64,000 bases of DNA from Balamuthia mandrillaris (lineage: Eukaryota). Position numbers and translations under genes: made by a program. Below are positions 10,838 to 21,735 of the stretch, in pieces (the stretch's first letter is position 1; every line of letters begins with the position of its first letter). The stretch lies in NCBI GenBank assembly GCA_031835245.2, contig JAVKOQ020000079.1:62001-126000 (forward strand), given 5' to 3'. The notes beneath the pieces were generated by a model. That model saw nothing but the letters and a program-made list of their open reading frames with translations. It had not been told where the DNA came from and did not search any database.

Positions 10838-13141
10838 TCATCTTTTAGTTTCATACTTTTTCCATATAGTCTGATATGATGCAATTGCTGATTCCATCCA
10901 GGGCTTCTTCGATCCGTTCCAGTGCAACACCTTTGCTGCGTTCAGTCTCTGTTTGCTAGCAGCGGCGTTATTCCATCCTAAATCGATTACATTCCATTCT
11001 TCTCCAAGTTGCACCCACTGTTGATGAAACACCACCCAAATCAATGGCTGGGTGGCGAACATCCACAATGTCTCATATTTACTTCTTAGCTCGATCCACC
11101 ATAAGAACTCCTCCTCCACTCTGCGTTTCCTCCACTTTTTCAAGTCGGCTACAAACACTCCCGTGTTGAACGTTGCTTCCTCCGGGTTGTACCTTCTCTC
11201 TGGGTAAAGATACTGGAACGCCGTTTGCACACTTGAGTCGACTTCTCGCTTTAGCGGTCTATCAAATCGGGGAACTGCAGCCAGGGCAATTCCCTTCGCC
11301 GTCATGGGTGTTTGCCAAAGCTCTCTAAGATCTCCTAGCGCCAAAGTGTCGCTGTCCAACCAGATGATTCTGTCCAAGGAAGGAAATAACAGGTGCAAAA
11401 ACAGACGGGCGTAGTTGCTGTCCTCGTTCAGCTCTTCTCGGTAATGATTGTTCAGCTTGTCTTTGATCTCCCTTCTCAAGTTGAACTTCGTCACATCCAC
11501 TGGAGGGCAGCCTTCGCAAAGAACCTTTTGACCCAAGGCTGAAGCACCATGCTCCTCTCCGTTGTCGGCATCACTGGCGGAGATAATGACGTGCACCATA
11601 ACTGCTTCTGGGTGAGCAGTGTTCCTACCGATGGAACGAAGCAAAGCTAACAGCCCTACCAAGTAGTCCTTGTTCACTGCCACCACCACATGAATGGTGT
11701 CCAACCGCTTCACGTCTGTCGCAGCTACGTCGCAAACCTTCGATTCCCATTGTTGCCCTATCGCATGGCCTTCCACCAATGCTTCCTCCACACCGAAGAA
11801 TTCAAAACAAGCCTTGTGGTCCTTTTGATGTCTCACGAACAAGTCTCTAATTGTCACCGTATCTCCGTAGTTCGAGTTTGCAACAGCCATCTTCTTGGTC
11901 CTTCCTTCTTCAATTATCACATCTTCAATCCTTGCGAATCGAGGTCCGCCATTGTCTTTGCAGTTTCCACATGACTTGTAGAGAATGCCGTTCTGCCCTT
12001 TTGCTCTGAACCCTTTCGTCACAATAACTGTGCTGTTTTTGGCGTTGTGTTGGAAGATCTTGTCGGGGGTGCCTCCCCAACCTCCATTTCCGTTGAACGC
12101 CCACCCTCCTTCGATGGTCATGATTCCTCCATCTGCACTGTGAGTGGCTGCATCCTCGCAGATGTCTTCCCAAATGATATTGTCAAGATTACAATTGCCA
12201 CTGTTGCAATGGATGCCATCTGCGCCTCCATGTGCTGCAATGCGAAGGTTCTTCAAGGTGGCGTTGTAAAGTGTGATGACTGCTGGTTGGTCTTCTCTGT
12301 CTCCGTCACAGGAGAGGCCAACACGAGCCCCACCGCAATCCACCACCTCGTCTCTAAAGGTCGCTCCAGCAAAGCAGCGAGGATTTGGCTTAAGAAGGGG
12401 CACCACTTCGTTGTTGTGACAATGCACAGGACGTAGAAGAGGGAGAGAGTAGTGGTCGTGGTCGAGGTCGTGGTTGTAGATGACAAGACTGTCAATGAAC
12501 AAGAGCGAGAGCTCGCCGTGGCTTTTGTCGTTTGAGGCTTGAAGCACGATGCTGTTGACCCCAGGTGGTAAAATGGCGGTAACAGAGACGGACTGCCACG
12601 AGGCATTGGTGGCTTCCATTCCGAAGGAAAGGACTGCTTCCCAGTTGACCAAAAGGGAGAAAGTGACGGGTTGAGAGAGCAAAGAGAAGTACCAAAATTC
12701 CAAGGTGTGGACTTGTGCATTATCAGCAGAAGAATGCACTTTCCACTCGAAGCGAGCTTGATGGGGGAGATGAGAACGAACATAGCCACTGGCGGTGTAA
12801 CCCGGAAGGAGGTTGTCGACTGTCACGAAGGTGTCAGAATGGCAGCTTCCGGGATAGTTCTCTTGAAGCTCCAAAGCCGAAGGAGGATAAGAACGATGTG
12901 TGTGGGAGGGGGAAGTAGGAGAAGACGAGGAAGAAGATGACGACGACGACGACAACGAAGAAGATGGTGATGAAGGAGGAGGAGGAGGAGCAGAGGCTTT
13001 CAGGGAAGGGGTAGAAGAGGAAGCGGAGGGGGAGGCGAACTCATTCGAAGACGGAGAACGGTCGTTCCAAACGTAGACCTCGAAGGATAAGAGAAGAAAG
13101 ACCAAGAGGAGGTAAACGACACGCAAGCGGGCAAGCACCAT
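10838..13141 (-). CDS. Type II membrane protein: TM anchor, Ser/Pro linker, CBM35/CBM6-like, pectate lyase family 3, glycosyltransferase family 8 (intronless)
   Basis: Single open frame; likely start MVLARLRVVYLLLVFLLL. PL3 motifs ADGIHC, WEDICEDA, DKIFQHN, LYKSCGNC, NSNYGD. GT8 motifs NYARLFL, IIWLDSD, FNTGVFVADLKKW, WNVIDLG, LHWNGSKKPW. Confidence 0.9.
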   Translation of the reverse strand: MVLARLRVVYLLLVFLLLSFEVYVWNDRSPSSNEFASPSASSSTPSLKASAPPPPPSSPSSSLSSSSSSSSSSSPTSPSHTHRSYPPSALELQENYPGSCHSDTFVTVDNLLPGYTASGYVRSHLPHQARFEWKVHSSADNAQVHTLEFWYFSLLSQPVTFSLLVNWEAVLSFGMEATNASWQSVSVTAILPPGVNSIVLQASNDKSHGELSLLFIDSLVIYNHDLDHDHYSLPLLRPVHCHNNEVVPLLKPNPRCFAGATFRDEVVDCGGARVGLSCDGDREDQPAVITLYNATLKNLRIAAHGGADGIHCNSGNCNLDNIIWEDICEDAATHSADGGIMTIEGGWAFNGNGGWGGTPDKIFQHNAKNSTVIVTKGFRAKGQNGILYKSCGNCKDNGGPRFARIEDVIIEEGRTKKMAVANSNYGDTVTIRDLFVRHQKDHKACFEFFGVEEALVEGHAIGQQWESKVCDVAATDVKRLDTIHVVVAVNKDYLVGLLALLRSIGRNTAHPEAVMVHVIISASDADNGEEHGASALGQKVLCEGCPPVDVTKFNLRREIKDKLNNHYREELNEDSNYARLFLHLLFPSLDRIIWLDSDTLALGDLRELWQTPMTAKGIALAAVPRFDRPLKREVDSSVQTAFQYLYPERRYNPEEATFNTGVFVADLKKWRKRRVEEEFLWWIELRSKYETLWMFATQPLIWVVFHQQWVQLGEEWNVIDLGWNNAAASKQRLNAAKVLHWNGSKKPWMESAIASYQTIWKKYETKR

Positions 13142-13681
13142 TCCTCTGTTCAGATGGTGAGAAGAGTTTTTGTTTTTGTTGTTTTGTTTTTTTTTAAAAA
13201 AAAATAAACAACAAGTAAACGAACCGAGAACGAAGAGGTAGTTATATCTGTGCGTGCCAAAAAAAGGGATGTTGGATCCCAACCATGAAGCGTTACTGGC
13301 GGGAGAAGCCAACGACAAAAGGAAAAGGACTCTGTTTGCAGCTGTAAACAGTCTGCATTTGGGCGAGCATTCCCGCTGGCTTCCTTTGATTTTCTTTCGC
13401 CCGTCCATTAATACGATGGGGGGGGGGGGGCCCCCCCCCCCCGCTCCGTCAACGGGCAGAGAAACAGCAGTCTTTGGGCAGAAGGAAGGGGCTGAGAAGC
13501 GGTGGAGAGCGCAAGGGTAGCCGGCTCTTGGGTGGAGCGCTCGTTCAACGGCTGGGGAGGACAACGGCAGGCCACGGCTCCTCTGTCAGGTCGCACCGTA
13601 TCTGGACATATTTTAACGGTGTGCACCTCCCTCCCGTTTCTCCATTAAAAAGCCCTTTCGTTGAAAAATAGAAAAGAAGGA

Positions 13682-15203
13682 ATGGAACAGGCGCAGCCGG
13701 AGAGGCAGAAGGAGGCGCAGTACGGCCGAGTGGACGCGGCCGAGCTCCGCTCCTTCGTGGAGCGTTGCGCTCTGGCCGCTGGATGTCCCGCTGCCCACGC
13801 CAAGACCTTTGCCGAGGTCCTGGTCCTGGCTGACCTTCGCGGCGTTCACAGCCACGGCGTCAACCGTTTGCAAAGCTACATCATGGAGCTCAAGTTTGAC
13901 ACCGTTGACAAGAACGTGGAGCCCAAGATCGTCAAGTTTGTGGCTTTACCTCATCACCCTCTCTCTCTTCCCACTTCTCCATTCTCTTGTTCTTGTTCTT
14001 GTTCTTCTTGTTCTTCTTCTTATTCTCCTTCTTCTTGTTCTTGTTCTTGTTCTTCTTCTTCTTCTTCTTCTCTCCCGCTCTCTCTCACATCAAACTCGAA
14101 AAACAGTGAAACGGTGGCAACAGCCTGTGTAGATGGGCAAAACGGCATGGGCTCCGTCATTGGCAAGTTCTGCATGGAGCTGGCCATGCGCAAGGCCAAG
14201 GAAGTGGGCGTCGGCTGGGTGGTAGCCAGGAACAGCAACCACTACGGCATTGCCGGCTACTACGCCATGCTGGCCTCCCAGCAGGGCCTCATTGGCATGA
14301 GTTATTGCAACACATCGCCGGCGGTCTTTCCCACGAGGAGCGCTTGTGCTGCACTTGGAACCAATCCGATAGCGGTGGCTGCTCCCAGTCAAGATCCCAA
14401 AGGCAATTGCTCTTACTCCCATTTTCGCTCCTGTCGCTTCTATCATTTGTCTCTGACTCCATTGTTTGAACCCAAAACAAGACCCATTTGTGTTGGACAT
14501 GGCGACATCGGCCGTGGCTTTGGGTAAAGTGGAATACAAGCAAACGCAAGGGCTCAGCGTGCCGTTTGGCTGGGGCTGCGATGCAGAGGGCAAGTCCACC
14601 ACGGATGCTAAGACTATTCTCGATGAGGGCGGCGGTTTGAGACCTCTTGGAGGCGAAGAGTCCACTTCGGGTTATAAAGGGTGGGCTTTTTTGTTCATTC
14701 TTTGTTCATTCTGTTCAGCTGTCACTTTCCAACTTATCTTACTAAAAGGTATGGACTGGCAATGATGGTGGAGATCTTTTGTGGCATCCTCTCGGGCTCC
14801 AACTACGGCCCCAACATCCCTATTTGGCGCAGCAGCGACACCCAATGCAACCTTGGTACCTTTCTCCCTTTGTCTAGCTTCCTTCATGCCTCCTTCTCTC
14901 TTCGTACAGCTCTTCTTCTTTCCGCTCACACCATCCAATACAGGATTATGTTTTGTGGCGGTGGATCCCTCTAAGTTCAATACTGGCTTCGAAGACAGGA
15001 TGAGCGGTTTGATGCAACAAATGAGGGAGCTTCCACCCAGCGAGCCAGACAAGCCAGTTTTAGTGGCGGGTGACCCTGAAAAGGCCACGCAGGAGGAATA
15101 CACCGCCAAGGGAATCGCGTTGCACAACAACCTCATCCAAGATCTGAAGAAACTGGCTGAAACAATGAATGTGGAGCCATTGCCTTTGCTTTCGAGTGAG
15201 TAG
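13682..15203 (+). CDS. Ldh_2 family (malate/L-lactate-type) oxidoreductase (multi-exon)
   Basis: ADLRGVHSHGVNRL, NSNHYGIAGYY, LGTNPIAVAAP, FVLDMATS, GYKG|YGLAMMVEIFCGILSG, VLVAGDPE. Confidence 0.93.
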
Positions 15204-15226
15204 TTTACTGTACCATTTTCAAGTTT

Positions 15227-15938
15227 TTAATGTTGAAGTCGACGTTGGGAGAAGGCTGCATCTCGTTGTTTTCTCTCGAGTTCTTTCTTCAAAGCGGCTA
15301 GTTCTTCGTGATACATGTGACCTACCATGTAGCCAACGCAGTCACTGCTTCCACAGTAGCACTTTCGTTCTCCTCTTTCCAGTTCTTCCACGTTCCTTGG
15401 AGGAGGATAGCCATAGTCATAGCTTTTTGTTTTTCAATCAGCTCTCAACCAGCACCAGACAAACGGAACAAGAACAAACCTAAGTTCTTCCCCTTTTAGA
15501 ATGAGGCGATTGGAGTAGATGAAGATGCGACCTTTTTCGCTCCATACGTCAGAGCTGCAGTTGGGGTCGCAGGAGTGGTTGATGAAGCGCGCTGTGTTGT
15601 AGGAAACACTGCCATCGATCAACCACTCCTCATCCAAGCGATGAGTGTAGCACATGTCCTCCCATGAGAGGCAGCGCCATTGAGACTCTTTGATCTTTGG
15701 GCCAATGTACTCTATGATGCGTGTGTCTCTGGGGATGTTTTGCGTAGCAAACAGGCCAAAACCATGAACGCCTTTTTTTTTGGGTGATGTGCTGTTAGAG
15801 GTGCACGGTTTGGCAAACAAATGAAGGAAAGACGCGTCCCAAACCAGATTTCCGCGCCTCAGCATACGGGGATACCGTCGGAGGGATCAAACGCGCGTCC
15901 TCTTCTTCTTTCTTTTGCTGTTCCATTTGTGTAGACAT
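15227..15938 (-). CDS. Small stand-alone SET + post-SET lysine methyltransferase (3 exons)
   Basis: KS|GVHGFGLFA, IIEYIG, ARFINHSCDPNC, GEEL|.YDY and post-SET CYCGSSDCVGYM. Confidence 0.9.
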
Positions 15939-16268
15939 AAAATCGAACGTCTGATTTTCGATTGGGCAAGCAGGACTTTCACGTGGCAAAGTACGATTTT
16001 TAATTGGTCAACAGCCACAGGCTGGAAAACCCCAGAGACCTTCCGAGCTCAAGCGCCCCCTTCGAGAAGAAGAGAAAGGATGTTTGTTCCTTGCCTGCAT
16101 AGCAATGGACGATGAGCAGACGTCTCCTTCCTTGCGTGTGTGCTGCGGCAGTACCGGCGGTGGGCCGAGTAGAATTTTCCGGTGGACAAGGAGAGGGAGG
16201 AAGACGATGTCTTTGTTTCAATCCAACATTTTTTTTTTTTGCTTATGTTTCTTTTCAAAGGGGGTAAA

Positions 16269-17168
16269 CTAGTCTGCTCTTTTGAGGTCTTGTTTGTTGT
16301 TACCGTTGTTGTTGTTGTGGCCACTGCTCTTTCTTCGTTTGTTGTCCCGCTGGCCTTCATTCTCGTTGGAGTGGTGGTGCTCTTCCGTCGTGTCGTTGCT
16401 GCGTTTTTGCGTGCCATAACGACCAGCCGTTCTGTGGGCTATCTCGGTCGGTTCTTCTTCGCCTTCTGCGGTATCTGCATCGGTCTCTCTATCCCTTAGA
16501 TCCTCTTCTTTTGACTCTGTTCCTCTTTCTTCTTCGTAGTCCCATCGATCCATGCTTGTTTGCGTTTCCCTCCCTCGGTCCACTCTCCGTTCTTTCCTTT
16601 CTTTCTTTTCATCGTTTTCGTTCTCTGCCCCGTATTCTTCCTCTTCTTCCTCTTCCTCTTCGTCCCGGCTGTTTTCCCTCCGTTGAGCGCTTGTAGTCGT
16701 GGCGTCGTCCGTCGTCCAACCGGGTGGAAGAGGAAGCAAATAGAACTGGAGGTCCCGTTTCACCTTCTCCCGAGCGTACGCATCGAGACCCTTGGCATTC
16801 AACTCGCCTGTGCGGAGGTAGTCCAAGACCCGGTCAAAGAACTTTGGGTTCCGGTCGATAAAGTAGGTTCCGTCCTCGCTGCAGGGCTCTCCCGCGCAGA
16901 GCATGCTCCAAAAGAAGTTGTTCTCGAAGCGTGAGAAGGAAGACTTGGACGTGGCGAACCGTTTGCCTCCAACGTCCAGCAGCACCCGCTCCTTCACCTT
17001 GGAGTAGTTTGCGTGCATCAGATCAGCCACCTTCTTCATGTGGGCCTCCCTCTGCTCGATCGCTTTCTCCCGCTTCTCCAAGTTGGCGGCCACTCTGCGG
17101 TAGGCATCGATGGCCTGTGCGGTGATAGCTTCCAGGTCTTCCTCATCGCTGCGATAGTCGTTCTCCAT
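16269..17168 (-). CDS. KCTD-like BTB/POZ (T1-type) domain protein
   Basis: VLLDVGGKRFATSKSS...YFIDRNPKFFDRVLDYLRTG...LQFYLL with an acidic tail; single ORF. Confidence 0.88.
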   Translation of the reverse strand: MENDYRSDEEDLEAITAQAIDAYRRVAANLEKREKAIEQREAHMKKVADLMHANYSKVKERVLLDVGGKRFATSKSSFSRFENNFFWSMLCAGEPCSEDGTYFIDRNPKFFDRVLDYLRTGELNAKGLDAYAREKVKRDLQFYLLPLPPGWTTDDATTTSAQRRENSRDEEEEEEEEEYGAENENDEKKERKERRVDRGRETQTSMDRWDYEEERGTESKEEDLRDRETDADTAEGEEEPTEIAHRTAGRYGTQKRSNDTTEEHHHSNENEGQRDNKRRKSSGHNNNNGNNKQDLKRAD

Positions 17169-17435
17169 CTTTTTTTTTTTGTTTTCCGTTTTTTTTCGTT
17201 ATTTTTTTTGTGGACAAAGAACTGACTTCGTGTCGTCACAGAAAACAAACTGCTCATGTCGACACATGGATATGATCTGATCAAAGTCGACAAAAATGAG
17301 ATCGAGGGGGGATGGATGATGTGATGGATCAGCTGCAGAACTCGGATGGAAGAGCGAGAGCACGACGAGGAGAGCAACGAAGAGAACAATACAATATTTA
17401 CAATATATACAAAACAAAAAAACTAAATACATGTG

Positions 17436-17926
17436 TCATGATGAGGAAGAAGAAGAAGAAGAAGTAGAAGAATTTGGTTGCGAATGCGGCGAATGTTCGG
17501 CACAGTGCTTGCATATCCGTTGCAAGATGGGCTGCTCCACGCCTGGATACTTCAGCTCTCGTTCGTGTTGACAACAAGAGGCACAAAAGATACCGCTAAA
17601 ACCATCAAAAGTAACTTTAGTGACAAAGAACGAAAGAAAGAAATGACAAGAAAGAAATCGCAAGAAAGCATAATATAGACGAACCCGCAGATTCTACAAT
17701 GATGTCGCCGTAGAAACAAAGTGAACTCTGCTCCACACTCCATACAGTTGCGACAAAGTTCATCGTCTACCCACACCTTGCGATGGTGGTGGGTGATGAG
17801 CTCTTTGTCTACCTCTCTGTTGATCTGCTTTTCGATGAAGGAGCCTACAGAGTGGCCTAAACCTCCACCTGCTAAACCAAGAGTTGCTGCTCCGCCAGCA
17901 CCAACTTAAAAAGAAAAAGATAACAA

Positions 17927-17964
<38 letters not shown>

Positions 17965-17998
17965 AGAGAAAAGAGGTTAAGTACAAATTAAACAAGCA

Positions 17999-18032
<34 letters not shown>

Positions 18033-18089
18033 AGAGACAGAGACAAAGGGAGGAAGAAAGAGCACGCGCGAGAGGGAGAGAAGAGGGAA

Positions 18090-18123
<34 letters not shown>

Positions 18124-18737
18124 AGAGAACGTGACGGCAAATAAGACCTAACGAGGATTAAATCAAACGGAACAGGTGGATACATACGAATAAGAGCAGC
18201 AACAGGAGTCCCAACCAAGCCCAAGGCGCCGCCTGCCACAGCGCCAAGCCCCGAGCCAAGACCCGCGCCCCACAAAATGGATTTCAGGCGACAGGAGGCG
18301 GCGTTGATCCTGGAGGCCTTGGCCAAGGTAAAGACAGCCTCCTTCGTGTCCTGCTCAGCGTCCCCCACATTCTCTTCCACCACTTGGAGGTCCTCCCCTT
18401 GTTCCTGGACAAGGGTGTGGAGCATTTTTTGCAGCTCTAATAGAGCTAGGGTCTCTTCCTCGATGTGTTGGAGTTCCTGGTTGCGAAAACGTAGCAGGTC
18501 TTCTTCGGTGACTTCTTGCAAGAATCGTTCTAGTTGTTGTAGCTGTTGCAGCTGTTGTTGTTCTTGCTGTTCTTGTCCCTGAGATGAGATTTGTTGTTCT
18601 TGTTCTTCTTCTTCCGTTTCTTCGTTTCGTGCGGTGTCTGCATGATGAGTTTTGATTTCCTCACTTTCTTGGGATTGTGATGTTGATGTTGATGTTGTCG
18701 ATGTTGTCGTTTGCAAGAGCCGCCATACAGCATCCAT
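17436..18737 (-). CDS. Syntaxin-type SNARE with a glycine-rich hydrophobic hairpin and a C-terminal FYVE finger (3 exons)
   Basis: SNARE motif [26 protein letters not shown]...LAKA; Gly-rich hydrophobic segments; [37 protein letters not shown]...RICKHC. Confidence 0.85.
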
Positions 18738-18964
18738 CGTTCAAATTGTTCTTGTGCGTCTTTGCTCTAAGAATATATAAAATACAAAACAAAATAAACT
18801 CACCTTGGCTAACCTCGTTTTGTTGTTCTGTTTATTTTTTTTTTTTGGCCAAAGGACTTCTTTCTTCTTCTCTTTCACCAAAACTTCTTTGTGAAGTTTC
18901 ACTTCTTTCCCCATCCAAAATAGTGAACCTGTTTCATAGTTTAGTTGGAAGGCTACAGCTAATG

Positions 18965-19036
18965 GCACCCGTGGCGCAATGGAAACGCGTCTGCCTCCTA
19001 AGCAGAAGATTGTGGGTTCGATCCCCACCGGGTGCG
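18965..19036 (+). tRNA. tRNA-Arg(CCT)
   Basis: GCACCCG/CGGGTGC acceptor stem; TCTGC-CTCCTAA-GCAGA anticodon arm; GTTCGATC T loop. Confidence 0.95.
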
Positions 19037-19187
19037 ATTTCTTTTGTATTTTTTTAATATTAAAATGTTGCACTAATGGGGATCGATCCTCACCGTGTGC
19101 GAGTTTTTTTTTTTGTTATGGAAATTTTGTTCTTAGCTCATTTTTGCAATACGAAGAATAGCGTTTTGCAAACGGAGAAAGGGGACC

Positions 19188-19352
19188 ATGCACGCCAGAA
19201 GACGCCTTTTGTTGATCAGCAACTCCACTCTGCATGGCAGCGGCTATTTGGAGCATTGCTCAGATACCATCAAAGGTTTTTTACTTCGTGAGTCGCCGCA
19301 ACGAAGTACGTACCCTCCAGCACTCCTTGGATCTTTAAGGACAAACAAAACT

Positions 19353-19387
<35 letters not shown>

Positions 19388-20117
19388 TCTATCTCTCTCT
19401 CCTTCCATGTTCGTTCCAGTGAATGTGCTGTTTGTCCCATGGGCTCTTAGAGACTGGGACAACTACGAAAACACAGCGAAAAAGGCTTTCGAGGCCAACG
19501 GCTTTTCCCTTCGCAGCATCCACCAACACGCGGACCCCGTGCAAGCGGTGGAGGAGGCAGACGCCATCTTCATCGGCGGCGGCAACTCCTTTCGCCTCCT
19601 CAAAGCGCTCTACGACAACAACGTCATCGAGCCCATCCGCCAACGGGTAGCGCAGGGCATGCCTTACATCGGCACCAGTGCAGGCTCCAACGTGGCATGC
19701 TGTTCTATTCGGACCACAAATGATATGCCAATAGGTTAAACTTCTCCTCTCTTCTCCTCTCCTCTCCTCTCTCTCCCTCTCTCTCACACACACAAACCCA
19801 TATATACAGTTTATCCTCCTTCTTTTGATGCTTTGAACTTGGTACCTTTCAACATCAATCCCCACTATCTCGATCCAGACCCTTCCTCCAAACACATGGG
19901 CGAGACACGGGAGAAGCGACTGCAAGAGTTTCACGAGGTGGAGGAGAACCAGGGTCGAATGGTGGTGGGCCTGCGCGAGGGCGCCATGTTGCACGTCGAG
20001 GACGACAGCGTGCAGCTGGAAGGCATCAACGGAGCGCGCGTCTTTGTGCACGGGCAGCAGCCCAAGGAGCACACAAGCGGGAGCGACCTCAGCTTCCTCC
20101 TTCAATCCCACCAGTAA
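19188..20117 (+). CDS. pepE: Dipeptidase E / alpha-aspartyl dipeptidase (peptidase S51)
   Basis: LLLISNSTLHGSGYLEH, IFIGGGNSF, YIGTSAGSNV, TTNDMPI, INPHY, HMGETRE, VGLREG. Confidence 0.95.
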
Positions 20118-20405
20118 AATGAAGGTCGTGCAGAGCACTATGGCAGTTTTTTTTTATTTCAACGGAAAAGAAAAAGAAAAGAAAAAAAAAAAAAGAAATC
20201 ACCTGATCGTTGATAGATGATATCATCCACCCAATCCGAAATCATACGTTGTTGGGTCGACGAAAAAACACAAAAAAAAAGCGCGGGAAAGGTTTGCCCA
20301 AACATCCTCTCCCTTTGTTTGTCCCCACACACCACGAAAACACCCAAAAAAAAAAAAAAACAACGCCAGTGTGATGAAACCATAAGGGGAGAACAAAAAA
20401 AAAAA

Positions 20406-20691
20406 ATGGTGTTGGTGAAAGTAACGTGGATGGGGGAAGAGGCGTTCGAGTTGGAGGTGAAAAAATCGGACACGGTGAAGACGTTGCGAAAGCTGATCTT
20501 GGCGGAGGTGCGAAAGAAGAAAAACTATGCTTATGCTACTCCAAAACATCTTCGGTTTGTTTCTCTCTCTCTCTCTCTCTCTCTCTGCTCTCTGCTCTCT
20601 GCTCTCTGCTCTCTGCTCTCTGCTCTCTGCGCTCTGCGCTCTCCTCTCTGCTCTCTCCTCTCTGCTCTCTGCTCTCTGCTCTCTGCTCTCT

Positions 20692-20745
<54 letters not shown>

Positions 20746-21691
20746 CTCGCTCATACTCTCTTTTTGCTCTTTCGTTATAAGACTAACCAATCATTCCATC
20801 AAAAAAAGGTTGATAGGAGCGGGAACGGAATTGAGGGATGCCACGGCGCTCTGGCAATACAAACACGTGGAGCAAGGCCTGTTTGCGTTTGCGGTTTCGT
20901 TGGTGGTGCGGCCCGCGGATGCCTTCCTACCCAACGACGAGGGAGACGACGGGGAGAACGAAGCAAATCGAGGTAGCAACAACGAGGACCCCGAAGAACA
21001 GCCAGAAACAACGACCAAGGAAACGAAACTAAAGGAGGAAGCGTCACAAATGCTTGATGGAGAGCTTCTTCCTCCTGGAACTGGTTCGTTGTTGCTTTTT
21101 TTTTTCTTCAAACAAAAAGATCTTTCTCATCTTGGTTGGTACTTCAAAAGGGTTGATGCCTGAAACGATTCTGGAGACGAGCTGGGACAGCGCATCGGGC
21201 AACGTGGTGTGTCCATGTAAAACGGAGATCCCGTTGTTGCCCATCACGGATGACATCCCTGACTGGATGGTCTCGTCGCGGTGGTACTGGTCCTGGCATG
21301 TGAGCGAGCCCGTCCTCAAAGCATTGGAGCAAGTGAAACAAAAGGTTTGGAGCTTTCTTCCTTCCGCTTCTCGCTTCCTAGCATTTGTTTCTTTACTCTA
21401 ATGTTTTGTTATTACGGCAGGAGTCAGTGGAAATGCACTTCACTTTGAATGGAGCAGAAGGACAGGTCCAAACAAAAGAGCAGTATCTACTGTTGCAGCA
21501 TCGGCCAACGACCAAGACAAACCAGTCCTCCTGGGCTGCACTGGAAGAGGCAGTTATGAGCAAAGCGACGAAGGACAGAGTAGTGATTACTGTGAACCAC
21601 TCCATGCTTGCCAACGGAGGTTACTTCACGATTGGTGTCGCTGCTGAAAATTCTGGTTCGACTTGGCGTCTTTGTCTCTCTCCCACGCTCT

Positions 21692-21735
<44 letters not shown>

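Noticed and set aside
13142..13564. 141-aa N-terminal extension of the PL3-GT8 ORF in the ORF track
   Set aside because: Begins at a non-ATG codon and crosses homopolymer and promoter-like sequence; the ATG at 13141 directly precedes the TM anchor.
16049..16417. ORF starting MARKNAATTRRKST, resembling a histone H3 tail, just upstream of the SET gene
   Set aside because: It overlaps the low-complexity end of the BTB gene in another frame, stops before the SET start and shows no clear splice link; likely chance.
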